Assembly: GCF_009914755.1 (NCBI RefSeq)
Contig: NC_060932.1
Length of the DNA stretch: 64,000 nucleotides
Source: the human T2T-CHM13v2.0 reference genome, Homo sapiens
Reading direction: 5' to 3' (one strand)
The notes below the pieces were generated by a model. It worked only from the letters and a program-made list of their open reading frames with translations, did not search any database and was not told the origin of the DNA. Position numbers and translations under genes: made by a program. Positions 16,465 to 30,074 of this stretch are shown here, one piece after another (the first letter of the stretch is position 1; every line of letters begins with the position of its first letter).

Positions 16465-16955
16465 GAATGTGCTAGATGATGCTAAGCCATTATTTTCCAT
16501 TTGTCTCCCATTTCCCCAATACAGATCCATGTGCTGTACTTCCCTGGGTCCTGGGAGGCTGGCTCCTAGGGACTGAGTTACCTGGGATCCTAAACGCCAC
16601 TTAGCTTGACCTCAGCAAGTACCAACAGAAAGTACCAGGGCAGGAAGGGAGAGGGTTGGGGTATTTCTTCCCTGTCACTTTCCTATGTGGGCCACTGTTC
16701 TGCCGCTGGCTGGGTCCCTTCTATACTCAGTCCCCACAGGGTAGTCCCTCCTTCACGCTTGCGGCCCTCACTGGATTCCAATGACAGTAGCTTGCCCTAC
16801 GGCTTACTGCTACTGTTCAACTCTGGACATCTTGTTCTCCTTCGCTGAATCCCTTTACAACGCCCACAACTTTCAGTGCCTTCATTAAAATGCCTTCATT
16901 TGCACTTTCAGAGTAGAATCCTGTTTCCTTCTGAAGCCCTTCCTAATTGATATAC
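16465..16955 (+). mobile_element. LTR33/LTR41-like ERVL LTR
   Basis: cctgggaggctggctcctagggactg...cttcattaaaatgccttc...tcctgtttccttctg. Confidence 0.5.
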
Positions 16956-18083
16956 TTAGGGCCATCTTCCTTAACACCCCAGACCTGCTGGTTTCGGAGC
17001 CATCGACCTCCTCATTTCCACCGCAGAGGGCTGGAGGAGATTCAGAAAATCAGGGCAGGGCCCAGGAGAAGGTGAGGAGTGATGGCGAGTGGAGAAGTGG
17101 AGTGATGCTGAACTCTAAGTCGGCATTGCGTACCCCTCTTGGCTGGCATGGGGATTTCACCTCCAGGAGGCCGGTGGACTGTGGCACACAGACAATGCCC
17201 TCCTGGACACAAGTCTGGGGCCCCCACCTGGCACCTCTGTCCAAAGTGGAATCACTACATCTGGAGTTGCAGCTCTGTTGCACTGCCTGCAAAGATCCAG
17301 CTGTCCCCGTACAGGGAAGAATTAGGGCACAGCTGAAACCCAAAAGGGCTGAAATCCACGGGGAGCAATGTCTATTTCTTAGTCTGTCTCCTGCTCCAAA
17401 TAGCTCCCCTCTCCTCCCGCAGCTTGTGTTGACGAGTGGCTTTCCCTGGCACCAGATGCCACCAGAACGTAAACTAGGACGCAGAGGGTGGTGATGAGCC
17501 ACAGGCCCTCAGGCCATGTCCTTTCCTGCCCTGACTCCCCAGGCTCCCTTGCCTGGAGTTCAGAGCACAGACCCTGAGTGACCCCCTGCTCGCCAGGACG
17601 TCCCAGCAGGGCCCCTGCTTCCTAGAGCCACAGCAAATTAGGGGGACCCTCTGTTCAGCCTGGGAGGGGGCCGGGGTCACATTTGTGAACTGGTGGGCAG
17701 AGGGAGTAGTGCTGGGTGCAGCTGCAGACCTCCCTCCTATCCCTGCCCCATCCCTGCCCCATCCCTACCCTGTCCGCCCCTTTCATTCCCTCCCACTGCG
17801 GCCCTTATGAGGCCTCTCAGGGAAGCCCATTCTCCCCCGGGACCTTCAGGGAGCCAGGCTTACCTGTTCTTTCCCCTGCGAGAGCTTTCAGGTCGGTCTC
17901 AAACAGGTCTTTCTCTCCCTGCACAGGTTCTTTCAGAGCATGGCTTCAGCCTGGTTACTTCTGACACCAGCCAGGAGGAACAGACTTCTTCCCCATACAG
18001 CAGGTACCACCAGAAGTACCTGAGCAAGATCACCCTCAGCTCCTGCAGCCTCAGGGCACCGGAGTGTCCTGTCCACGGGGCAT

Positions 18084-18462
18084 TTGTTACGGACAAAGAT
18101 TTGTGTGGCCTTTCACTTTGCACGCTGAAGCTTAACCCTGGCTGCAACGGGACGGGGGGCCACCAAGGAAGTCATTAAGGTTAACTAAGGTATAGGGTGG
18201 TGCCCTGGTTGACAGGATGGTGGCCTTATGAGGACACTTACAAGATGGACGCCCACTTGTCCCCCGACCCCTCTGGCACAGGAACTGAGGAAGAGTCACA
18301 AGAGGACACAGCAGATGTTGGTCACCTGCAGGCTAGGAAGAAAGCCCTCCCCAGGAACCTGGGTCTTGGGGACTTCCAGCCTCCACTGTGGGAAAGAAAT
18401 GTGTGTTGATCAGTCCACCCAGTCTATGGTGTTTTGTAACGGTGGCCAGAGCAGACAAAGAC
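18084..18462 (+). mobile_element. MLT1A-type MaLR LTR
   Basis: tgttacggac...aagtcattaaggttaa...gacttccagcctccactgtgggaaagaaatg...cccagtctatggtgttttgt...agcagacaaagaca. Confidence 0.75.
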
Positions 18463-18594
18463 AGTATGAAAACATAACTTCTCCCCACACGCTGAAGTTA
18501 TAACAGCAATGCTTTCAACAAATTGGGCAACGCTTTTGTGGTTCCCACTGGGCGAGGGTTGAAGCTTACAAAACACAAAGGCATTTTTGAACGT

Positions 18595-19395
<801 letters not shown>

Positions 19396-20384
19396 TGCAG
19401 TCCTGTTTTGATTGAAATGTGAACTCGTCTACTGCCGTGGTAGGCAATTTTTGGATGACTTGGGGCCTAAATGAAGAGAATGCAGGCGCTTGCTGTGTTC
19501 TCCCTTTCTGTAGTCTGGGACTGCCATGGAAGTCGTGTGGTTTCTTTGGGCAGGATGGTGGGTAATGCGGGAATTCTTTTATCTATGCCCTGTTCCATCT
19601 CATATGCATGTCCCCTCCAGTGCCCAAAAGTTTGCAAACACTTAGAGCAGCGATCAGATGTTTTGCTCTACTGACCCCAAATAAATACATGCTGTTTGCA
19701 AAGAACAGAGGCAAGGAGGCTTTCTCTCCCATTTCACGACCCCGCTTGGCAGAGAAAAGAAAAGCATTAGGTTGCTGAATTCTAATGCTTTGCTTACAGC
19801 TATGAGAAGTACAGTAAATGCTGGTTCTGACAAAACTCCACGTCCAATAAAATGAATGAACTGCCTAATGTTTTATCTGTCTTCCAGTTATTCTGATGGG
19901 ATAGTTCCAAGAGGTTCTAAGATAAATTTTAAAGCCTCAAAACAGCTGGGGAAAGAAAGTCCCATAGTCATTTTTCCTAAAATAGAATATGGATAGAATT
20001 TTGGAAAATGTTTGCAAACTTCCCTTATGTATGGAATTTTGGAAAACGTTCACAACCAGAGCTCCTTGCCATTAATTAGTAATACTAGCCATTCTTCATA
20101 CACCTGTCACATCCATGGTGATTTCTTATCAGAACGATTCACTGGCCGCATAGGAGGGAACACAGTTTATTCCAACTGGAGCTTTATTCAGTAAACTGAT
20201 GCCCCCCATCTACCACTCAACCTGGTACATTATTCCAACTTGATAGCTTAACTTGAACCATGCAAATTTGTCAATGTTCTCCTATTTTTGAACCACCAAA
20301 ACAACAATTCTGACTTAACTCAGAAGTTCCCGCAGTTCCCGTACACCTCTGTACCTTTGCACATATTTTTTGCCCGGATAGAAT

Positions 20385-20817
20385 GCGGCTTGAGTTTCAG
20401 AGTTGCTGTAACAAAAAGTTCCACAAACTGTGTGGCTTAGAACAACAGAAATATTGTCAGGAGCTCTGGAGGCCAGAAATCCAAAATCCCAATGTTAGGA
20501 GGACCGGGCTCCCTCTGAAAGTGCTAGGAAGGATCTGTTCCACTTCTCCCTCCTGGCTTCTGGTACATTCTTGGCTTGTGGCAGCACAACTCCAGTCTTC
20601 ACATGGGGCTCTCCCTGTGTGGGTGAGTGTGTCCAAATGGCCCCTTTCTATAAGATCACTAGTCATATTGGATTGGGGGCCTGTCCTACTCTAGCATGGC
20701 CTCCTCTTCATCAATTACATCTGCAAGCACCCACTTCCAAATAAAGTCACATCCTGAGGTATGGGGGTTAGAACATCAACACAGGAATTTGGGGGACCAT
20801 CACTTAAACCGTAACAA
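20385..20817 (-). mobile_element. MLT1B/C MaLR LTR
   Basis: gctgtaacaaaaagttccacaaactgtgtggcttagaacaacagaaat...ggggttagaacatcaaca...aaccgtaaca. Confidence 0.8.
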
Positions 20818-21812
20818 ATGCATTTCTTCCCTCCCTCTAGGGCTTTCGCTTTGGGAATTGGCTTAGCCCAGACAATCCTTATTTCCTCTAGACAATTTTC
20901 CCCCTCGCCTCTTCTCCCACCCACCACACACCCGTGCCCCTCCCCTGGCTGCCAGTGATACTCTTACCCCATTGTATTAAGGTAGTCTCTCTGCCAATGT
21001 GTCTCTCCAGATGATTATGACCTTCAAAGAGACAGAGAACATCTATTGTTCATCTTTGCATTGTCCTCCAAGCCCAGCAAGTAGAAAATGCTCCAAAGAG
21101 CTCTGGATGACCTCATGAACAAAGAAATGAAAGAATGGCACCACCAAAAGCCACCCTGCAGCTGATCCAGGCATGGATCTGTACTTTGGACGTGTCTTGT
21201 TCATAGAAACTGCTGGCCAAGGTGCCTTCCTTTGCAGGAAGACATTAGTAGAGATGAAATGGGAGAATTAGAATCGTGGGCTTGGTATTTGCCATGGCCT
21301 GTGCTTGGATACACGGATTAGCTCATTACTCCTCTCAACCACATAGTGCTGTGCTATCATCATCCACATTTTACAGGGGAGTCATCAGAGGCACAAAGCT
21401 AAGGGACTCTGCTAAGTTCCCACAGCCAGTGCCCTGTCTGCTGTTTCACTTGAGCGGTTTGGAACAGCAGCCTGAGTCCTTCTCATTCCCCAAGGCTATT
21501 TCTAGAGTGCGCTTCCAGCTATTTTGTCCTGACAGGTTCAGGAAGCTGAAACGCTGCCTCTTATAGGAGCACAGCTGGCTGGGGAGTCCTCCCACTCCGA
21601 GCCTCTCGCCCCCAGCTCCATCCTGACCTCCGCACCCCACAGGGTTCAGGGTGACCCCGGCTTTGTCTGGACTGTGGCAGCGCCACCCATTCCCTATTGT
21701 GACCCAGGCAGTCAGGCTGGGCTGTGAGCTAGCGGGCGTGGAGAGTGAAGCCCCGCCTGGCCCCCCTTCCACACTGGAAGCCTCTCTGTGGCTGATGGGA
21801 GGACCAGGGCTG

Positions 21813-21892
21813 ATGAAAGGATGGAGCCATGAAGGGCAGCCCTCCTGCTGCGGGTCGCCCTGCTGCTGCCCTGGGCCTGCAGCTCCTGGCAC
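21813..21892 (+). pseudogene. PRSS52P: Decayed signal-peptide exon 1 of a second serine protease gene
   Basis: ATG AAA GGA TGG AGC CAT, then a shifted frame reads RAALLLRVALLLPWACSS; donor cac|gtgggt. Restoring two single bases gives a 27-codon + 1 nt phase-1 exon, MKGWSHxRAALLLRVALLLPWACSSLA, resembling the rodent Prss52 N-terminus as I recall it. GC box gccccgcc at 21750-21757. Confidence 0.65.
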
Positions 21893-22202
21893 GTGGGTCT
21901 CTGGGAGTCCTTGTGGATGTGCCTCTCCAGGGCCCTCCATCCTCGGTGGGCAGGAGACTCCCCTAGGGAGCTTGCTCTCAAGGTCAGTTACCAGGCTTGC
22001 TGACTCAGTAGTCACGGGGTGGGATCCACAGGGCAGCACCTACCAGGTCTAACGCAAAACCATGACATCATGCAGCTAGAGCAAGGGCGGCGCATTAACA
22101 TCTACTATGGATCCATCTTCTGGAGCCTGAGAATTTCTGTAGCCTTGTTCCATGTCCATGGTCAATGACTATCAAACCTCTGCCACAGGCTGGGAGCTGT
22201 TT

Positions 22203-22539
<337 letters not shown>

Positions 22540-22750
22540 TAAGCTTTTTAAGCTTAACATGGCTTTTATCATGCTTGAAGTTAACGCACGTTCTATTTTT
22601 ACAGTAAATTCATGGCCATCGGACGATATTAATTAGACATACACGGCATCAGGACCTTCACAGCCACCACAGGTTTTCCCCTCTCCATCCATTATGTTCT
22701 TAGGAAATTCTACTTGCTTCCCCCAAACTTTAGTAGTTTCCCATCAGCCC

Positions 22751-22797
22751 CACAACCACTGCAGCCACAACCACTGCAGCCTGACAACCACTGCAGC
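22751..22797. repeat. Short tandem repeat, 15-bp unit cacaaccactgcagc x3
   Basis: Two exact copies (22751-22780) plus a third slightly altered copy. Confidence 0.85.
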
Positions 22798-22899
22798 CAG
22801 GCGTACCACCACAGCCCCTATTCCAGGGCCGCCCCCACACCCCCAGCTGTCGGCCCCGATGGGTTCTGGGGCAGTCGGAGGAATTACTTCTGCTGGGTC

Positions 22900-23043
22900 A
22901 CTGGATTAGGGTCTATTTCAATCCACTATGACCTCATCTTAATTTAACTAATTATATCTGTAAAGGATCTATTTCCAAATGAGGTCACATTCTGAGGTTC
23001 TGGGTCGACATGAATTTTGGGACGATACTATTCAACCCAGTGC
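22900..23043 (-). mobile_element. Partial MLT1/MST MaLR LTR
   Basis: ggattagggtc...atgacctcatcttaatttaactaattatatctgtaaagg...tattcaacccagtgca. Confidence 0.7.
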
Positions 23044-23094
23044 AGATCGTCTGTAAGATCTTAAAAGAACAGGTCCTCTGTAACAAAAGGGAGG

Positions 23095-23345
23095 CAATGA
23101 GGGGCAGTGGTTAGGGGTGCAGGCTCTGAAGTCAGATGACCCAGTCTCCCTCCTGGCTCCCCTACTTGAACTGCCTGTGTGACCTCGGCAAGAGGTATCC
23201 CCCGTGCCTGTGCCTTTTCCGATGTCCTCATGTGTAACATGGGAATAGTAAGAGTTCCTACCTTTTTGGGCTGTTGCGAGAATTCAGTGAGGTAATGCAC
23301 ATGAAGCACTGAGCTAACAGGTAATAGGAGATGCTGTATAGACTG
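23095..23345 (+). mobile_element. MIR SINE
   Basis: gcagtggttagggg...ctgtgtgacctcggcaag...tgtaacatgggaatagtaagagttcctacc...tgttgcgagaattcagtgaggtaatgc. Confidence 0.75.
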
Positions 23346-24642
23346 TTGTCTTCATCACTCTCTTTCACTCCCGTCCAGTTCTCAATAGCATACACACGGC
23401 TGCCACAGAAACACAGAAGTTTTGGGAATTAGCTCTGTGAGACAGGCCTATTTCAGATAAGAAAAATGAGGATCAGAGAAGCTGAAAGTCTTGCGGAGGA
23501 CACCCCAGCAAGGCGAATTACAGGCCCAGAATTCTAACGAGGGCATCCGGACTCTGGGATTACAACCGCCTTCTGCGTCCCAGGAAAAACCTCCTCTAGT
23601 CATGCCCAGATCTGCCTGGTCTAAAAACCACAAAAATAGCAGGACTTTCCACTGAGTCAATGCTTGTCACGTCTAGAGACCTGGATCGAGCTGTTTCCTT
23701 CCATTCACAGAGCCGTCCTGCAGGAGAGATGTTACTTTTACCATCAATGTAAAAACTGAGCCTTAAACTGCTTCAGAAACTGTTTAGATTCATTCAACTG
23801 AATATTCACACTGGAGTTTGAATCAAGGCCTACGTGGCTTTAGAAATTTAAGATCCAAACCGTACCACTGTGGTACCTGACATCCTTCGTGCACCTCCCT
23901 CATCTTCAGAGAAACAATTCTAATTCTTCACTTTAAAGCAAGGTAGTGTGACTTTCCAATGACTTCAGGGCATTCAGTAAAGAACAGCTTGGTTCAAAGT
24001 AAGTTGATGAGCACAGCAATTTCTTCATAATGGCAACCTGGTTAAAAAAAAAATAAAATAAACCCATACCTGGCTTTGGGAAGGAAGTTGTTTGTTTTAA
24101 TGTTTTGTATTTGGACTTGCATCACATAGAGTGGTGATTTTTTTCAACATTTTGTGTGTCACTTAACATTTTTAAAAATAAAGTCTTACAAGCTGTGAAA
24201 CAATGTGAACATCCTGATCCTATCTCTGTAAAATATGATGGGTGCACATTGATAGACGAGGGTGTGGAAAGTTACATCTGAAGGTGGCAACAGGAGTTGC
24301 CTCTGCATGTGTGGAATTAGAAGGATTGTTGATTTCATTTATTTATCTGAATATACGATAGAGAAAGTTCAAGTAGCACAGATGGCTGCACAATGAAGAG
24401 GAATTTCACCTCTTACACTCATTCTCAGTCCACTCGCCAAAGGCAATTACATGGATATGTATTCTTCCTGAAATATTCTTTTCATACACAATCGTGTATA
24501 AAATCGTGTATGAAAAAAAGTCTGCTCATCATGTAGTGTGTGTTTATATATAAATGTACTTATTTATATAGTTATGGGTATTCTTCATGGTCTTTTTCCA
24601 TATCTGAGTTTTCCAACTTTTTATCATTATACATTTCTTTTT

Positions 24643-24831
24643 TTTCTTTAAGTTCTGGGATACATGTGCAGAATGTGCAGGTTTGTTACATAGGTATACA
24701 TGTGTCATGGTGGTTTGCTGCACCCATCAGCCCGTCATCTAGGTTTTAAGCCCAGCATGCATTAGGTATTTGTCCTAACGTTCTCCTTCCCCTTGGCCCC
24801 CACCCCGCCGAGAGGCCCTGGTGTGTGACGT
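24643..24831 (-). mobile_element. L1PA (about PA7/PA8) 3' end fused to U6
   Basis: ttaagttctgggatacatgtgcagaatgtgcaggtttgttacatagg...aggttttaagcccagcatgcattagg is antisense L1 3'UTR; shares one TSD with the U6 copy. Confidence 0.9.
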
Positions 24832-24938
24832 AAACATATGGAACGCTTCACGAATGTGCGTGCCATCCTTGCGCAGGAGCCATGCTAATCTTCTCTGTGT
24901 TGTTCCGGTTTTAGGATATGTGCTGGCGAAGTGAGCAC
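24832..24938 (-). pseudogene. Full-length U6 snRNA retropseudogene (5' part of a U6-L1 chimera)
   Basis: Reverse complement reads GTGCTCACTTCGCCAGCACATATCCTAAAACCGGAACAACACAGAGAAGATTAGCATGGCTCCTGCGCAAGGATGGCACGCACATTCGTGAAGCGTTCCATATGTTT: U6 with about 10 substitutions, ACAGAGA box retained. Confidence 0.95.
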
Positions 24939-25413
24939 TATACATTACTTTTTAATAGAAGTTTTTGAAAGGTCCAAAGGATTTGGGGAAACCTTGAAAA
25001 CCATGAGAGTTACCATATTCCTCAATTTTCACATTAATTACGTCTGCTCCATTTATTTGTGCTATTTGGTCATCTTTTTCAGCATGTTTTAGAATCTGTA
25101 AGTTTTTTGTAATTCAATGTTTTGTGCCACAAGATAACATTTTGATACAATATTTGTAATTTTTGCATTGGCATATGTCAGTTTGTGTATCTATTGTATT
25201 CGTCCAGAGACCTATTATGAGGTGCAACGGGTTTTTGTTGGTGTTTTTTCCTTTTTGTTATTGTGAACAACACAGGAAGAGAAAAATGGGTTGGCTGAAA
25301 ATGGATTTGGGGTGAAAAGGCAGGGGGAAAATGTGAAGAATTTTGAAAAAAACATACAAAAGTGCTTAGAGGTAAAATAGATTATAAAACCAGCCCTTGT
25401 TGTATTAAAACTA

Positions 25414-26371
<958 letters not shown>

Positions 26372-26372
<1 letters not shown>

Positions 26373-26377
26373 TTAAA
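26372..26377 (+). terminator. ATTAAA polyadenylation signal overlapping the pseudogene stop codon
   Basis: TGATTAAA at 26370-26377. Confidence 0.45.
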
Positions 26378-26616
26378 CACCACGTTGTCTCAAAAGCCAA
26401 GCGTCCTTCTCAGTTTGTGCACTAAGGTAGAGAGCAACTCCACGTTGCAATGAGTGGCTCTCAGATGATGAGTTGTGCCTGAACTAATCATAGAACTATA
26501 GTACTACTTAAAAGATAGCTAAGACTCACATCACAGCCTATGGGTCACCTGGAACTTGGAAGTAGCTTGCCACTTTTAGCCTGAGTCCTCTCCAAGAGTT
26601 TGGAGGGAGTGCCTTT

Positions 26617-26630
26617 CCACCAGGGGGAGC
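26617..26630 (+). promoter_or_regulatory. Candidate CTCF site
   Basis: CCACCAGGGGGAGC, one mismatch from the core CCACCAGGGGGCGC. Confidence 0.4.
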
Positions 26631-27348
26631 ATGCCAGGGACCTGGGAAACAGGAAGCTCGCTCTTTCCTCCTTGCAAACAGGCATCCTTCCACAGCAGCT
26701 TTTATCCTACAAAAGGGCAGACAGTTCACGAGATAGGAAACATGTTGAACTCCCTCCCCCTTCATTGGTAGTTCATCCCGGACACCTGCAGATTTGGTTT
26801 CCAGAAAGATCCTTGTCCTTCACCCTGCTTGCTCCCTCAGCCACCACCTGGTCCTGAGTCCCCAGTAAAAGTTGCTTTTGGCTCTCAGAGATGAGCAACA
26901 ACGCTAAGATTCAGGATGAGAAGTCATTGAAGCAGAAATGTCCTAGTGTTGGGGTGGGAAAAAAACACACAGCTAATGAGATGTAGCAGTCAACGTACCT
27001 TTGCTCGCACGCATCAGGAGCTCCAATCGAAGCTTAAAAGGATGTCGGTGGTGCAGACTCAAAAGAAGAGCAGAGACCCTGGGAGCTGCCCCAGTAAACA
27101 GCAGTCTGACAGTCTGATGGACACCAAGGGCACCATTCGGGCCATCTGGATGAGAGGGTGGACTGTCCATTCTTCATGCAATCATCGTTGAGCAGAATTT
27201 TTTCAATCAGGCATGATACACAAAACAGCATTCTTTACTGAGGCAACTTGGCATGTTTTTAAAGAGAGAGAATGAAAAAACTGCAGAATATTTTTTTAAA
27301 ATGAGAGCATTTTATATGAGTTTACCTGAAGTGGCATTCGATGAGCTG

Positions 27349-27377
27349 TGAACAACAACAACAACAACAACAACAAA
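27349..27377. repeat. (AAC)n microsatellite
   Basis: aacaacaacaacaacaacaacaacaaa. Confidence 0.9.
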
Positions 27378-27840
27378 GGAAAAGCATCAACCTTTGTGCA
27401 TATACATTTGAGAAGAAAGAAAAAATGATGTAAAGACAGTTCCTTTAGCCTGGCCTTCATTAGCTTTCTCAGAACAGGATAGCTTGTCCACCATCTGAGT
27501 CTAGAAAGCATTTAGGTGAGGAAGCACCTAAACGCTTTAGCAGGAAGAATCAGTATATACCTGCAGTCTGTTTTTATCTAAAGCTGTAGTGGCCATAAGA
27601 ATTTTGGCAACTGGGAAGCAAAGAATGGTGGCTACACACAGATGGGGTAGTGTCCCCAAGAAAGCTGCGTTTAAAAAAGATTTCCTCTTGTCTATGAAGT
27701 AAGAGCAGTGACAATTCCCTGGGCTTAAAGTTCAGAAGGCTGAGGCTAGGAGAGGTTGCAGTCTTCTGCCTTCAGCTCAGGCCAGTAGCCAGATAGAGAA
27801 GCTGAAATGAGCAGACCACTCCACCAAGCTCCTGTGAGAG

Positions 27841-28027
27841 GGTGTGTGTGTACATGTATGTGTATGTGTGTGCATGTACATGTGTATGTGTGCAGATGTA
27901 GTATGTGCATGTACATGTGTGCACATGCACTGTTTGCATGTATGTGTGTACCTGTGTGTGTACTGTGTGGTTGGGTGTGTACTTGTGTGTGCGTGTATGT
28001 GTGTGTGTACGTGTGTGTGATGTGTGT
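27841..28027. repeat. Degenerate (TG)n repeat
   Basis: About 185 bp of gtgtgtgtacatgtatgtgt... Confidence 0.9.
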
Positions 28028-28059
28028 TTAGTGGGGGTGCTTCTCGGCCTCCATCACAA

Positions 28060-28530
28060 AGTAGTTGTCAAACTTTCAGATTTTTGCTAATTCTATAAGA
28101 AAGAAATGATAACTCAAAGTCGGTTTTTTAAAAAATTGAAATTTGCGCAAAGAGAAATACTCTGATCTTAAGTATACAATGTGAAGAGTTCTTAAAAATG
28201 GTTTTAATTTTTATTAAACCCATTTTATCAATTATTTCATCGTTAGTACATGCTGAATCCTAAAAAATTTTCACCTATTCCAATATTGAGAAGATATTGT
28301 ATTATTTTCTTTTAAAAGCTTTATCATTTTAGCTCTAACATTTAGGTCCATCATCTATCTTGAAATTACTTCTGTGTATGGTGTGATATGGGTCAGGATT
28401 CATTTGTTTCATATACACAGCCAATTGAATTGAAAAGGCCTTACTTTTTCCATTGGATTGCCTTGGCATCTTGGTCTAAATAAGTTGGTCTGAATTAGTA
28501 TAAGTACAGGTCTATTTCTGGAGTTATGTC
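28060..28530 (-). mobile_element. Old L1M fragments
   Basis: acatttaggtccatcatctatcttgaaattac...ggtctatttctgga. Confidence 0.6.
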
Positions 28531-28723
28531 ATTTTTTTGCTGACCTGGGTATTCTAGGACTGGGTATCTGGTTTGGTTTTTATTTGATATCTGACCTGGA
28601 TGTCTTTGTTTCCACTTGAAAGTGGCATACAGAGAGTCGGTAAAAATAGCTATTTAAGGCAATCTTTTGGTAGCCCAAGTGGTTGCTGCTATTGGCCATT
28701 ATGATGGGAACGAGGAACACAAG

Positions 28724-29433
28724 TGGTAGAACAGGTAGGGAGGCAGACACGAGCAGAGCAGGAGAGATCCCCATCCCCCAATGAGGAGTGGCAGGTGACC
28801 CTCAGGTAATGCTCAGCAGTTGTTAAGCTGTCTCTTTAAAACAATAATTGGTCACAGCTGGCACCAGGGAACGGCAGTCTCACAGTAGATAGAAAACACC
28901 TAAAGCTGGTGACCAGCAGCTTCCCAGTAAGATCTCAGGAGCTGGGTTAGTGGGCCCAAGCATGTGCACGAAGAGGCAAAATGGCAGAGTTTAACTGGTA
29001 TATGACCTTCCTCCAGAAATGTTCGACTGATAAGGGAAAAATGCCTCAAGTGAACACGCACACAACTTTAGTCAACACACTGCGCATCCTCACCTCCCAA
29101 GTGCTGGCAGGCCACTGGGCGTGTGGAGAGCCCACCCCAAGGGAAGAATCAGGGAAAAAGAGATGCAGACCCCTCAAGCCTGCCAACGTATAAAACCCCA
29201 AGTCAAAGGCCAAACAGTGCACTTGAATCTCTCAAGTTGCCTGCTTGGCCCTCTTCCAAGTATACTTTACTTCCTTTCTTTCCTGCTCTAAAACTTTTTG
29301 ATAAACTTTCACTACTGCTCAAAAACTTGCCTTAGTTTCTCCCTCTGCCTTATGCCCCTCAGTCAAACTCTTTCTTCTGAGGAGGCAAGAACTGAGGTTG
29401 CTGCAGACCCACATGGATTTGCTGCTGTTAACA
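28724..29433 (+). mobile_element. MER50 (ERV1) solo LTR
   Basis: TG...CA termini with 4-bp TSD caag on both sides; aataattggtcacagc, taagatctcaggag, gaggcaaaatggcagagtttaactggtatatgacc; TATA gtataaaacccc near 29190. Confidence 0.85.
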
Positions 29434-29526
29434 CAAGAACTGTGGGGGCAAGCTAATTGTTTAGAGTAGAGCTGAATTTAAGAAAATAGCAGCTCAGGTT
29501 TTTATTTTATTTTATTTTTGGCTTAA

Positions 29527-29845
<319 letters not shown>

Positions 29846-30074
29846 AAGCCTCTTCTCTCTTGTAGCTGTAGAACCAGTGTAGCAAATACTTGGGCTCCAA
29901 ATTTAATCCTATTGATTGCATGAATACAATATAAATACAATTCACAGCCTTTCTAGGTCTCTCATGTGAAAGGTAGGGTTGGGGGAAAGATTAGACATCT
30001 GAGACTCAAAATAGGAGGATTTGGGTAGATTTTCATATATCTGTTATAAAATGGAAGCATTATTATTATTTATG

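Noticed and set aside
17000-18060. GC-rich unique block as a CpG-island promoter or coding gene
   Set aside because: CpG is not enriched and the ORFs lack recognisable domains; a lncRNA or enhancer cannot be supported from sequence alone.
21446-22052. Overlapping 197-aa (-) and 133-aa (+) ORFs
   Set aside because: GC-rich chance ORFs with no domain; the real signal is the frameshifted signal-peptide exon inside them.
23355-23445. Acceptor-like tctctttcactcccgtccag as the missing protease exon 2
   Set aside because: The phase-1 translation has no S1A motifs and stops within about 20 codons.
24832-24938. Functional U6 snRNA gene
   Set aside because: About 10 substitutions, fused to L1, flanked by a TSD, interrupted T-run terminator and no evident upstream Pol III promoter.
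27807-28090. Cys/Val-rich ORFs
   Set aside because: Translations of a degenerate (TG)n repeat.
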